Part shown: in pieces, positions 1 to 9,200 of the stretch | Numbering within the stretch: position 1 is the stretch's first letter | How the letters are laid out: every line of letters starts with the position of its first letter | NCBI GenBank assembly: GCA_964291395.2 | Contig: OZ219858.1 | Span: 576,001 to 640,000, forward strand | DNA: 64,000 nucleotides | Direction of reading: 5' to 3' | DNA from: Alphaproteobacteria bacterium | GTDB taxonomy: Bacteria; Pseudomonadota; Alphaproteobacteria; UBA2966 | The notes under the pieces: model-generated | What the model was told of the DNA's origin: nothing | Database searches by the model: none | What the model saw: only the letters and a program-made list of their open reading frames with translations | Made by a program: the position numbers and the translations under genes

Positions 1-1
1 C

Positions 2-754
2 TACGGCGGCGAGCGTTGGCCCGTGGTCTCGCACCTGCAACCCCGAAGCCCGGCGCTGAAGCCCCTCTACGCCTATGGCGGGCAGGGCGCCCTGTTCGGG
101 CTCGCGCTCGGCGCGGTCTACCTGTTGATGTTCCCGGTCCTGGGGCTGGGCGAGACTTTCGCCGAGCACGAGTACAGCAACTGGGCCTTCGACGTCGGCT
201 TCTTCACGGCTCTGCTCGGCTACATGGGCTGGCACGGTATCGACAAGGGGGCACTCAAGGAATCCGTCTATCTGACGGTCCGCACGTCGGCCATGGTGTG
301 CTGGCTGTTCGTGGGTTCCTGGACCTTCTCCTCGGTGTTCTCGTACCTCGGCGGACACGCCCTGATCGAGGAATTCGTGCTCGGGATGAACCTCTCCCCG
401 ATTACCTTCCTGATCCTCGCCCAGATCATCATTTTCCTGCTCGGCTGGCCGCTCGAGTGGTCGGAGATCATCATCATCTTCGTTCCGATCTTCCTGCCCT
501 TGCTGCCTCACTTCGGCATTGATCCGCTGTTCTTCGGCATCCTGGTGGCGCTCAACCTGCAGACGTCGTTCCTGACGCCGCCCATGGCGATGGCGGCGTA
601 CTACCTCAAGGGGGTGGCGCCACCGCATGTTCAGCTGATCCAGATCTTCAAGGGCTGCATGCCGTTCCTGTCGATGGTCTTCCTGGCGATGATCATTCTC
701 TACGTGTTCCCGGAGATCGCCCTGTGGCTGCCCAAGATCGTCTATGGAAGGTAA
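2..754 (+). CDS. dctM: TRAP transporter large permease (DctM), 5'-partial
   Basis: Frame open from window start; hydrophobic; DctM C-terminal motifs GWPLEWSEIIIIFVP and NLQTSFLTPP. Confidence 0.9.
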   Translation, partial: YGGERWPVVSHLQPRSPALKPLYAYGGQGALFGLALGAVYLLMFPVLGLGETFAEHEYSNWAFDVGFFTALLGYMGWHGIDKGALKESVYLTVRTSAMVCWLFVGSWTFSSVFSYLGGHALIEEFVLGMNLSPITFLILAQIIIFLLGWPLEWSEIIIIFVPIFLPLLPHFGIDPLFFGILVALNLQTSFLTPPMAMAAYYLKGVAPPHVQLIQIFKGCMPFLSMVFLAMIILYVFPEIALWLPKIVYGR

Positions 755-781
755 TCGGCGGACCTCGGGATCTATGCTGAC

Positions 782-2119
782 ATGAGCTTGGCGGACCTGG
801 ATGCCGATGAAGCCGTCGCGGGTGTCGCGAGCGGCGAATTCAGTGCCGTCGATCTCGTCGAGGCCTGTCTCGGACGCATAGCGGAGCGCGACGGCGACAT
901 CGAAGCCTGGGCCCACCTCGATCCCGACTTTGCCATCGAGCAGGCTCGCGAGCGCGACGCCTCTCGGGCCACCGGCCAGGCACTGGGACCGCTCCACGGC
1001 GTTCCCGTCGGCGTCAAGGACATCATCGACACCCGCGACGCGCCAACGGAGAACGGCACCGTCCTGGACTCCGGGCGGCGGCCATCGGCCGATGCACGCG
1101 TCGTAACCCTGCTCAAGGAAGCCGGCGCCGTGATCATGGGCAAGACCGTGACCACGGAACTCGCCGTTTACGCGCCGGGCAGGACCCGCAACCCGCATGA
1201 CCGGGATCACACGCCGGGCGGCTCGTCCAGCGGCTCCGCGGCAGCGGTGTCCGCCGGCATGGTCCCGCTCGCCGTCGGCACGCAGACGAACGGTTCCGTC
1301 ATCCGTCCGGCCGCGTATTGCGGCGTCGTCGGTCTGAAACCTACCCACGGGAGGATATCCCGTCGCGGCGTGCTCGCCCAGTCACGCCCGCTCGACACCG
1401 TCGGCGTCATGGCTCGCACGGTGAAGGACGCGGCGCTCATCGCCGACGTGCTCGCGGTCTACGACGACGGCGACCCCGACATGATCATCCGGGCGCGACC
1501 GCGACTGGCCGAGACGGTTGCCGCGGGTCCTCCCCTCCCGTCGGCCTTCGCCTTCGTCCGGACGCCCGTTTGGGACGAGGCCGACGAGGAAACCCATGAG
1601 GCCTTCGGGGAGCTTGCCGAGTTTCTGGGAGAGGCTTGCGACGAAGTTCCCCTCCCCGAACCGTTCGATCACGCCGTCGGCTGGCACCGCACGGTCATGT
1701 GCGCGGACCAGGCGAAGAGCTTCGCGGGCTACTACGAACGCGGCAAGGAGGACTTGAGCGAGATCCTGCGCGACATGATCGAAGAGGGGCAGAAGACGTC
1801 GGCGGTCGACTACAACCGTGCCGTCGAATGGCGCGACGTGTTGAGCTCGGGCCTGGACAAGATCTTCGATCGCTATGATGCGATCATCACGCCGGCCGCG
1901 ACCGGCGTCGCACCCGCCGGCCTCGACTCGACGGGGAGCCCCGTCTTCTGCACACTCTGGACCTACTGCGGCGTCCCCGCGGTCTCTCTGCCGCTCCTCG
2001 AGGGAAGCAAGGGGCTCCCTCTCGGCGTGCAACTGGTGGGGCGCCGCGGCGACGACGCCAGGCTGTTGCGGACCGCCCGATGGCTGGTCGATCGCATCGC
2101 CGAGGAGGCGGACGGATGA
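782..2119 (+). CDS. Amidase signature family protein
   Basis: GPLHGVPVGVKD, TPGGSSSGSAAAV, GTQTNGSVIRPA (Ser-cisSer-Lys amidase signature). Confidence 0.92.
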   Translation: MSLADLDADEAVAGVASGEFSAVDLVEACLGRIAERDGDIEAWAHLDPDFAIEQARERDASRATGQALGPLHGVPVGVKDIIDTRDAPTENGTVLDSGRRPSADARVVTLLKEAGAVIMGKTVTTELAVYAPGRTRNPHDRDHTPGGSSSGSAAAVSAGMVPLAVGTQTNGSVIRPAAYCGVVGLKPTHGRISRRGVLAQSRPLDTVGVMARTVKDAALIADVLAVYDDGDPDMIIRARPRLAETVAAGPPLPSAFAFVRTPVWDEADEETHEAFGELAEFLGEACDEVPLPEPFDHAVGWHRTVMCADQAKSFAGYYERGKEDLSEILRDMIEEGQKTSAVDYNRAVEWRDVLSSGLDKIFDRYDAIITPAATGVAPAGLDSTGSPVFCTLWTYCGVPAVSLPLLEGSKGLPLGVQLVGRRGDDARLLRTARWLVDRIAEEADG

Positions 2120-2146
2120 GGACCGTCATGGACGGTGGGGACTGAT

Positions 2147-2383
2147 ATGCTGGACAGGATCTTCGCCGCGATCGGCATGCTGGGCTTGATCGCCTTCATG
2201 GGCATCGTCGCCGTTTACGTGATGGAGCCCGACCTCTGGCTCGTCGCTTCCGTCGGCGTGTTCATCGCCGTCTTCTTCGTTTGGCGCGAGGCCGTGGCGG
2301 CCGCGGGGATCCCCCTTCGTCCGGCCGACGCGTGGACTGATACGTCACCCGGCGGGCCGCAAGAGGAGGGAAAAGGCAGGTGA
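2147..2383 (+). CDS. Small two-helix membrane protein, hypothetical
   Basis: Two hydrophobic stretches; stop overlaps next start (GTGA); start could be 2135. Confidence 0.65.
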   Translation: MLDRIFAAIGMLGLIAFMGIVAVYVMEPDLWLVASVGVFIAVFFVWREAVAAAGIPLRPADAWTDTSPGGPQEEGKGR

Positions 2384-3318
2384 GCGTCGGTGTCGGCATC
2401 GGCATAAGCGAGCTTCCCTTCGAGAGGGCGCGCGGATTCTGGCGCTGGATCGAGATGTGCGAGGAGTCGGCCGTCGATTCGATCTGGCAGACCGACCGGC
2501 TGATCACCGACAATCCGATGCTGGAAAGCCTGACCACGATGGCCGCCATCGCCGGTGCGACCGAGCGCCTCAAGTTCGGCGTGAACGTCGTCGCGCTCGG
2601 CTGGCGCGACCCGCTGGTCGTCGCCAAGCAGTGCGCCTCGATCGATTTTCTCAGCGGGGGCCGCCTGTTGCCCGCCTTCGGGATCGGCACCCCCCGCGGC
2701 GAGGAGTGGCGGGCGACGGGCCGCGACACCCGGGGCCGCGGCGCGCGTACCGACGAAGCCCTCGACATTATCTCCCGCCTCTGGGCCGGAGAGACCGTGG
2801 ATTACGACGGTGAGCACTACCGGTACCGCGGGGCCCGGATCTCGCCGCTGCCCGTTCAGAAGCGCCTGCCGCTCTGGATCGGCGGCGACAGCAAAGCCGC
2901 GATCCGTCGCACCGCCCGCATCGGCACGGGCTGGCTCGCCGGCTTTCAGTCGCCGGACGAGGTGACGCCGGTGGTGGCCGCCATCAAGGTCGCCGCCGAG
3001 GAGGCGGGACGTCGTATCCCCGACGATCATTACGGGGCCGGCTTCCACTACCGTTTTGGCTCCTGGAACGATGCTCCCGTGACGCCCCGGGCCGAGACCA
3101 TCGTCAAACGGAACGCGCGGAGACCCGAGGACTGCATGGTCATCGGCGATGCCGCCGACATGGTGGAGAGACTCGAACAATTCGTCGCCGGCGGGGTCTC
3201 GAAATTCGTGCTGCAGCCGGTCGCGGCCGGCGACGACGATACCCTCGAACAGACCCGTCACCTGATCGACGAGGTGCTGCCCGACGTGCCCGCCCTCAAC
3301 GAGTCCGCGCCGGGTTAG
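2380..3318 (+). CDS. LLM-class (luciferase-like) flavin-dependent oxidoreductase
   Basis: TERLKFGVNV, AKQCASIDFLSGGR, PLWIGGDS, RTARIGTGW. Confidence 0.9.
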   Translation: MSVGVGIGISELPFERARGFWRWIEMCEESAVDSIWQTDRLITDNPMLESLTTMAAIAGATERLKFGVNVVALGWRDPLVVAKQCASIDFLSGGRLLPAFGIGTPRGEEWRATGRDTRGRGARTDEALDIISRLWAGETVDYDGEHYRYRGARISPLPVQKRLPLWIGGDSKAAIRRTARIGTGWLAGFQSPDEVTPVVAAIKVAAEEAGRRIPDDHYGAGFHYRFGSWNDAPVTPRAETIVKRNARRPEDCMVIGDAADMVERLEQFVAGGVSKFVLQPVAAGDDDTLEQTRHLIDEVLPDVPALNESAPG

Positions 3319-3531
3319 CGGCCTTGATCGCGTGAGTGCTTGCCTGACCGCTGAGGCTGTCGGGCAATGAAGGCCGTTGTGTATCCGGCATTTGGCCCGA
3401 GCGGCGCTTGAGCGGCGGCGCCCGCCGCGCCGGACAGGATCCCGTTGGTAGCTTCCGAGCTTGTGATCGCGGAGGCGGGAGCCGGACGCCGCCCGTGCCC
3501 GACAGGAAAACTCCGAACGCGTTTACGTCCG

Positions 3532-4497
3532 CTATCCCGCGCGCCACGTGGAGGCGGGTTCGGACTCCGGCGCCACCACCCCCGTCTGTTCGGCGATGAT
3601 GCCGTAGTGCTCGATGCGCCGGTGGGCGGCGAAGTTCAGGAGCGCGTCCTTGCTGCGCACGCTGAGATCGAGGTCGCACCTGGCCACGATCAGCTCGTCC
3701 TCCTTGGTGGCGCATTGGGCGACGATCTCGCCCGACGGCGCGATGATGGCGCTGCCGCCGATCAGGTCGCAGCCCTCCTCCTCGCCGGCCTTCGCCACGC
3801 CCACCACCCAACAGCCGTTCTGATAGGCGCCGGCCTGCATGCACAGGTGATTGTGAAACGCGGCCAGATTGTCGTAGGTCGGATCCCAGGGCAGATGCGC
3901 CGGCGTGTTGTAGCCCAGCAGGATGATCTCCGCGCCACGCAACGCCAGGGCGCGGTAGGTCTCGGGCCAGCGCCGGTCGTTGCAGAGGCACATGCCCATC
4001 ACGCCGCCCATGGTCCGCCAGGTCCGGAATCCGAGGTCGCCGACGTCGAAATACCGCTTCTCGAGGTGCTGGAAGGGATAATCGGGCCGGTTGTCGGCAT
4101 GGCCCGGAAGGTGCACCTTGCGGTACTTGCCGGCGATGTCCCCTTCGGCGTCGACCAGGATGGCCGTGTTGTAGCGGCGCCGTTCGCCGTCTTCGATCGC
4201 CAGCTCGCCGTACCCGAGATAGAACCCGATACCGAGCTTCCTGGCCGTGTCGAACAGCGGATAGGTGGCCGCCGACGGCATCTCCCGCTCGAACCAGGAA
4301 TCGACCTCGATGTCGTCCTCCATCCACCAGCGGGGAAAGAACGAGGTCAGCGCCAGTTCCGGAAAGACCACGAGCTTGCAGCCCAACCCGTGCGCCTCGC
4401 GCATCAACTCGACCAGGCGGCCGACCACCGATTGACGGCTTTCGCTGCGGGCGACGGGGCCGGTTTGCGCCCCGCCCACCAGGATGGTCCTGCTCAT
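3532..4497 (-). CDS. N-carbamoyl-D-amino-acid hydrolase (nitrilase superfamily)
   Basis: E-K-C triad in FPELALT, YRKVHLPGH, CNDRRWPE; FQHLEKRYF motif; start reset to MSRTILV after GGAGG RBS. Confidence 0.9.
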   Translation of the reverse strand: MSRTILVGGAQTGPVARSESRQSVVGRLVELMREAHGLGCKLVVFPELALTSFFPRWWMEDDIEVDSWFEREMPSAATYPLFDTARKLGIGFYLGYGELAIEDGERRRYNTAILVDAEGDIAGKYRKVHLPGHADNRPDYPFQHLEKRYFDVGDLGFRTWRTMGGVMGMCLCNDRRWPETYRALALRGAEIILLGYNTPAHLPWDPTYDNLAAFHNHLCMQAGAYQNGCWVVGVAKAGEEEGCDLIGGSAIIAPSGEIVAQCATKEDELIVARCDLDLSVRSKDALLNFAAHRRIEHYGIIAEQTGVVAPESEPASTWRAG

Positions 4498-4717
4498 GCC
4501 TCCCTCCCGAAACGTGGGTCCGTCCGGCCATAGTATCGAAATGCGTCGATCCGTTCCCTCCGCACACGTCGCCTTCGTGTTCCTGCGGCCCCGATGGATT
4601 GGCCGTGGGATATCCCTGATCGGCGGAACTATTGCGGCGCCGGCTCCGCAAAGCCCTGTATCATCGTCGCCGAGGGCGTCGGGACGCCCGCGGGCGCAAT
4701 CTTTTCGGGACCGGTTC

Positions 4718-7700
4718 GTGTATCTGGACGGTCGACTGTGGGCATTCACCAGGGGCGTGCGGCTTCGCATCGCCTGGGCCGTATGCATCGGCCTGCTGGC
4801 GGTCGCGGTGGGCATTGTCCGACTCGGCCTGTTGGGCTGGCTTCTGGGCAAGGTATTCGGCGGCCAGTCGGTCGAGAACCTGATCCTGCCCATCGCGCTG
4901 GTGGCCGGAACGATGCTGCTGCGCGGCTGGCTCGACTACCACCGGGACATGGTCGCACACCGCACGGCCGCCGTCGTTCAAACCCGTCTGCGGCTGATGA
5001 TCTACGATCACGTCACGGAGCTCGGACCGGCACCCTTCACCGGAGCCCGAACCGGCGACGTGATGCTCTCCATGGTCGAGGGAGTCGAACAGCTCGAGGT
5101 CTATTTCGGTCAGTATCTGCCGCAACTCTTCGTCGCAGGGCTGACGCCGGTACTGATTTTCGCCTTCGTCGCGTTCGTCGACATGCCGATCGCCCTGGTG
5201 CTCCTGATCGCGGCGCTCGTCACGCTCGTCGCGCCGGCCGTCTGGCACGGCCTGGACGGCAGGAACAGCGCGGCACGGCAAGAGACGTACGGTGCGTTCG
5301 GCGCGGAATTCCTGGACGCCATCCAGGGACTCGCGACGATCAAGGCGTTCGGACAGACGCGGGAGCGCGCGGAGATGCTGCGGACCAAGGCGCATGCGCT
5401 GTTCAAAAGCACGATGTGGGTCATGGCGACGAGCACGCTGTCCCGCGGCATCACGGACACCGGGATCGGGATCGGCGCCGCCGTGGCACTGGGCTGGGGC
5501 GCGTACCGGGTCGAGGCCGGACACATGGACATCACCGCCCTGCTCATCATCCTGATGCTGGGCGTCGAGGTGTTCCGGCCGCTGCGGGACCTCCGGGTCA
5601 TCCTGCATCGGGGCATGGTCGGCCTTGCCGCGGCGAAGGGCGTCTTTCATCTGCTCGACATGCGGCCGACGGTGCACGACGCACCGGCAACCGGGGACGG
5701 GGAGATTCCTCTCGACCCCACGGTGACTTTCGAGGGCGTCACGTTCTCCTATCCCGGCGGCCGGCAGCCGGCGCACGCCGGCCTGAGTTTCGATGCGAAG
5801 GCCGGCGAGCGGGTGGGCATCGTCGGTCCCAGCGGATCGGGGAAAACCTCGGTCGCGCGATTGCTGTTGCGATTCTACGACCCGCAGGGCGGGCGCATCC
5901 TCATCGGCGGCCGGGATCTGCGCGAACTCGCATTCGATCGGATCCGCAGCCGGATCGCGGTGGTGAACCAGGACACCTACATGTTCCACGGCACGGTCGA
6001 GGACAACCTGCGGATGGGCAAGGCCGACGCCACCGGGGCGGAGTTGGAAGCCGCGGCCCGGGCGGCCAATGCCCATCGATTCATAACCCGGTTGCCGCAG
6101 GGTTACCGCACCGTGGTCGGGGAGCGCGGCGTCCGTCTGTCGGGGGGACAGCGGCAGCGAATCGCGATCGCCCGCGCGCTTCTCCGGGACGCGCCGATCC
6201 TCATCCTGGATGAAGCGCTGTCCGCGGTCGATGCGGAGAACGAAGCCGTCATCCAGGAAGCTCTTGAACGCCTGATGGAGGGCCGTACCACGCTGATTTT
6301 CGCGCACAGGCTTTCCAGCGTCATAACCGCGGACCGCATTCTGGCGCTGGAAAGCGGACGGGTCGCCGAGAGCGGGACTCATGCGGAACTGATGGCGCGG
6401 CGCGGGACCTACTACCGGCTGATGGCCGCGCAGGCCCTGGACGGCGCCGGCGGTGTCGATGTCGACGACCGGACCATCGGGCAGGCCCGGGACGACGCAC
6501 TGCCGGTCGGCGAACCCGAGGCGGCGGTCGCGCCTTCCGAGCCCACCGACGCCATCATACGGGCAGAGGGCCTGGGGTGGTCCTCGCTGATCGGAATCCT
6601 GATGGGGATGATCCGCGGATATGTGGCGCAGCTCGTCGTCACCTTCATGCTGGGCGTTGCCCGGGTGGCGGCCTTCATCGGCGTCGGCGTGGTCGGCGCG
6701 CTCGTCGTGCTCGCGGTCAAGAACGGCGAGTCCTTCGAAGGCCTTCTCATCATCCTGGGCATCACCGCGCCGCTCGCCGGCATCTTCCACTGGATCGAAT
6801 CGTGGTTCGCTCACGACATGGCGTACAGGCTGTTGGCGGACATGCGAATCGACATGTTCCGGAGGCTCGATGCGCTCGCTCCGGCCTACCTGATGCGACG
6901 GCGTAGCGGCGATCTGGTGGGTGTCGCAACCCACGACGTCGAGCTCATCGAATATTTCTTCGCCCACTCCGTCACGCCGGCGTTCGTCGCCGTGCTCGTC
7001 CCCGCCGTCGTGCTTGCGACCCTCGTCTCGTTCGGGTGGCAGATCGCCTTGGCCCTGCTGCCCTTCCTCGTCTACGCCGGCCTCAGTCCGGTGCTCGGCC
7101 GGGGCCGGATCGATCGCCTGGGCTCGCGCGCCCGCGAGGCCTCCGGCGACCTGAGCGCCTTCGCGGTCGATTCCGTGCAGGGCCTCGGCGAGATCGTCGC
7201 GTTTCAGCAGATCCGGCGCCGCGGCGAGGAGTTCGCGGCGAAGGCGCGGGCGTTCGTGGAGATTCGGACGCCGTTCCTGAGCGATCTGGCCATGCAGACC
7301 GCGCTGCAGGACGTCGCGACCGGGTTGGGCGGCCTCGCGGTGATCGTGGTCGGCGGCGTCCTCACGGTGGAGGGGCGTCTCGAAAGCGGCGTCCTGCCGT
7401 TGCTCACGCTGCTCGCCATGTCGGCCTTCCTGCCGATTTCCGAGATTGCCCAGGTGGGCCGCCAGCTCGCGGACACCCTCGGCGCCACCCGCCGGGTCCA
7501 CGCGGTGAACACGGAGCCGATCACGGTCACCGACGGCCCCGGTGTCGCCGCGCAGGACCGCCGGGACGGGGTCGCCCTGGAGATGTCGGATGTCGACTTC
7601 ACCTACCCCGGCCGGACCCGCCCCGCGCTCTCCGGGGTGTCGTTCGCGGTTCCGGCCGGCACCACGGTGGCGCTCGTGGGTCCGTCCGGTGCGGGGAAGA

Positions 7701-8317
7701 CGACCGTCGCCGGCCTTTTCCTGCGTTTCTGGGATCCCACGCGCGGCGTGGTCACGATGGCGGGGCACGATCTCAGGGACTACGGGCTCGACGATTTGCG
7801 CCGACAGATCGCGCTGGTCGCGCAGGACGGCTATCTGTTCAACGACACGCTTCGGAACAACATCCTGATCGCGCGACCGTCGGCCGGCGCGCCGGAACTC
7901 GCGGAGGCCGTCGAAATGGCCTCGCTCTCGGAGTTCGTCGCGACCCTGCCGGAGGGTCTCGAGACGGTCGTCGGCGAGCGCGGCGCCCAGCTTTCGGGCG
8001 GTCAGCGCCAGCGCGTTGCGATCGCGCGCGCCTTTCTCAAGGATGCGCCGATCCTGATCCTGGATGAAGCGACCTCGCACCTCGACGCGGTCAACGAACA
8101 GGCGGTTCGCGGCGCGCTGCGGTTGCTCATGCGCGACCGGACGACGGTGGTCATCGCGCATCGGCTCTCGACCATCCGCGACGCCGCACGGATCGTCGTG
8201 CTCGACGAGGGACGGGTGATCGAGGCCGGAGACCATGAGGCGCTGCTCGAGCGCGGCGGACCGTACGCCCGCCTCGTTTCCGGGCAGCTCCGTGCGGGGG
8301 CCGTTTCCGCGGCGTAA
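4718..8317 (+). CDS. Fused TMD-NBD-TMD-NBD ABC transporter (CydDC/YbtPQ-like type IV fold)
   Basis: Two TMDs and two NBDs (GPSGSGKT, GPSGAGKT; LSGGQ twice; ILDEA twice); GTG start at 4718 inferred. Confidence 0.88.
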   Translation: MYLDGRLWAFTRGVRLRIAWAVCIGLLAVAVGIVRLGLLGWLLGKVFGGQSVENLILPIALVAGTMLLRGWLDYHRDMVAHRTAAVVQTRLRLMIYDHVTELGPAPFTGARTGDVMLSMVEGVEQLEVYFGQYLPQLFVAGLTPVLIFAFVAFVDMPIALVLLIAALVTLVAPAVWHGLDGRNSAARQETYGAFGAEFLDAIQGLATIKAFGQTRERAEMLRTKAHALFKSTMWVMATSTLSRGITDTGIGIGAAVALGWGAYRVEAGHMDITALLIILMLGVEVFRPLRDLRVILHRGMVGLAAAKGVFHLLDMRPTVHDAPATGDGEIPLDPTVTFEGVTFSYPGGRQPAHAGLSFDAKAGERVGIVGPSGSGKTSVARLLLRFYDPQGGRILIGGRDLRELAFDRIRSRIAVVNQDTYMFHGTVEDNLRMGKADATGAELEAAARAANAHRFITRLPQGYRTVVGERGVRLSGGQRQRIAIARALLRDAPILILDEALSAVDAENEAVIQEALERLMEGRTTLIFAHRLSSVITADRILALESGRVAESGTHAELMARRGTYYRLMAAQALDGAGGVDVDDRTIGQARDDALPVGEPEAAVAPSEPTDAIIRAEGLGWSSLIGILMGMIRGYVAQLVVTFMLGVARVAAFIGVGVVGALVVLAVKNGESFEGLLIILGITAPLAGIFHWIESWFAHDMAYRLLADMRIDMFRRLDALAPAYLMRRRSGDLVGVATHDVELIEYFFAHSVTPAFVAVLVPAVVLATLVSFGWQIALALLPFLVYAGLSPVLGRGRIDRLGSRAREASGDLSAFAVDSVQGLGEIVAFQQIRRRGEEFAAKARAFVEIRTPFLSDLAMQTALQDVATGLGGLAVIVVGGVLTVEGRLESGVLPLLTLLAMSAFLPISEIAQVGRQLADTLGATRRVHAVNTEPITVTDGPGVAAQDRRDGVALEMSDVDFTYPGRTRPALSGVSFAVPAGTTVALVGPSGAGKTTVAGLFLRFWDPTRGVVTMAGHDLRDYGLDDLRRQIALVAQDGYLFNDTLRNNILIARPSAGAPELAEAVEMASLSEFVATLPEGLETVVGERGAQLSGGQRQRVAIARAFLKDAPILILDEATSHLDAVNEQAVRGALRLLMRDRTTVVIAHRLSTIRDAARIVVLDEGRVIEAGDHEALLERGGPYARLVSGQLRAGAVSAA

Positions 8318-8337
8318 CGTCCGGACCCCGGAGGGAC

Positions 8338-8412
8338 TGGAGCGGGCGAAGGGATTCGAACCCTCGACTTCGACCTTGGCAAGGTCGCGCTCTACCCCTG
8401 AGCTACGCCCGC
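8338..8412 (-). tRNA. tRNA-Gly (GCC)
   Basis: Reverse complement GCGGGCGTAGCTCAGGGGTAGAGCGCGACCTTGCCAAGGTCGAAGTCGAGGGTTCGAATCCCTTCGCCCGCTCCA: cloverleaf, GCC anticodon, encoded CCA. Confidence 0.98.
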
Positions 8413-8586
8413 GTTCCCGAAACGACGACCGCCGCAGCGTTTGCGGCGCGTGATCATAACCATAGCCGCGCGGGACGCAATCGCAAAGGCCGTGATCCGT
8501 CCGGCCCCCGCGCCCCGACCGCTTGGCTTGCCGCTCTCTCTTGGCTATCGTCGCCCCCGCGCGAGCCACCTCCCGGCGATTGGATC

Positions 8587-9111
8587 ATGCCCGCTACCGA
8601 GCAAGAACTGTTTGACCGCCTCGCGGAACTCGACATCGAGTGCACGACCTGCCGCCATCCCGCGGTGTGGACGGTCGAAGAGAGCAGGCGTTTGCGCGGC
8701 GACATGCCCGGCGGCCATTGCAAGAGCCTGTTCCTGAAGGACAAGAAGGGCATGGTGTACCTGGTGGTCGCCCTGGAAGACCGCGAGATCGACATGAAGG
8801 GGTTGCGCCGCTCGATCGGGGCGGCGCCGCTTTCGTTCGCGCGGCCCGAGCTGCTGATGGAGATGCTGGGCGTGACCCCGGGAGCCGTTACGCCGTTCGG
8901 GCTGATCAACGACGTGAACGCCGCGGCACGCGTGGTGCTGGACAAGGAGATGCTGGAACGGGACCCGCTCAACTACCACCCGTTGACCAACGAGGCGACG
9001 ACGGCCATTGCACCGGGCGATCTGCTGAAATTCATTTGCGCCTGCGGCCATGAGCCGCGGATATTGGATTTCGAGGCGCTGAACGAACCGGCCGGCGGAT
9101 CGGGCGACTAA
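8587..9111 (+). CDS. YbaK/ProX-family trans-editing aminoacyl-tRNA deacylase (ProXp-ala-like)
   Basis: HPAVWTVEE, CKSLFLKDKK, LGVTPGAVTPFGL, NYHPLTNEAT. Confidence 0.9.
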   Translation: MPATEQELFDRLAELDIECTTCRHPAVWTVEESRRLRGDMPGGHCKSLFLKDKKGMVYLVVALEDREIDMKGLRRSIGAAPLSFARPELLMEMLGVTPGAVTPFGLINDVNAAARVVLDKEMLERDPLNYHPLTNEATTAIAPGDLLKFICACGHEPRILDFEALNEPAGGSGD

Positions 9112-9200
9112 GACCCCGCTTGGCTTGCGCCAGGCGTGCTATCATGTTTCGTGAACCGCAGCTTCGAGGCTGCGCAGGGCAGACGAGCCGAAGAGGCATT

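Noticed and set aside
4484-4893. Apparent overlap of the carbamoylase and ABC ORF N-termini
   Set aside because: ORF-caller extensions; plausible starts at 4497 (minus) and 4718 (plus) leave a normal divergent gap
8338-8412. tRNA-Gly as a genomic island attachment site
   Set aside because: No integrase nearby and I saw no duplicated tRNA 3' end in the window
4661-8569. 1302-aa minus-strand ORF (and similar long ORFs at 56388-58709, 21662-23314, 39975-41375)
   Set aside because: Antisense shadows of well-supported genes in high-GC DNA; no family motifs; this one also runs through the tRNA
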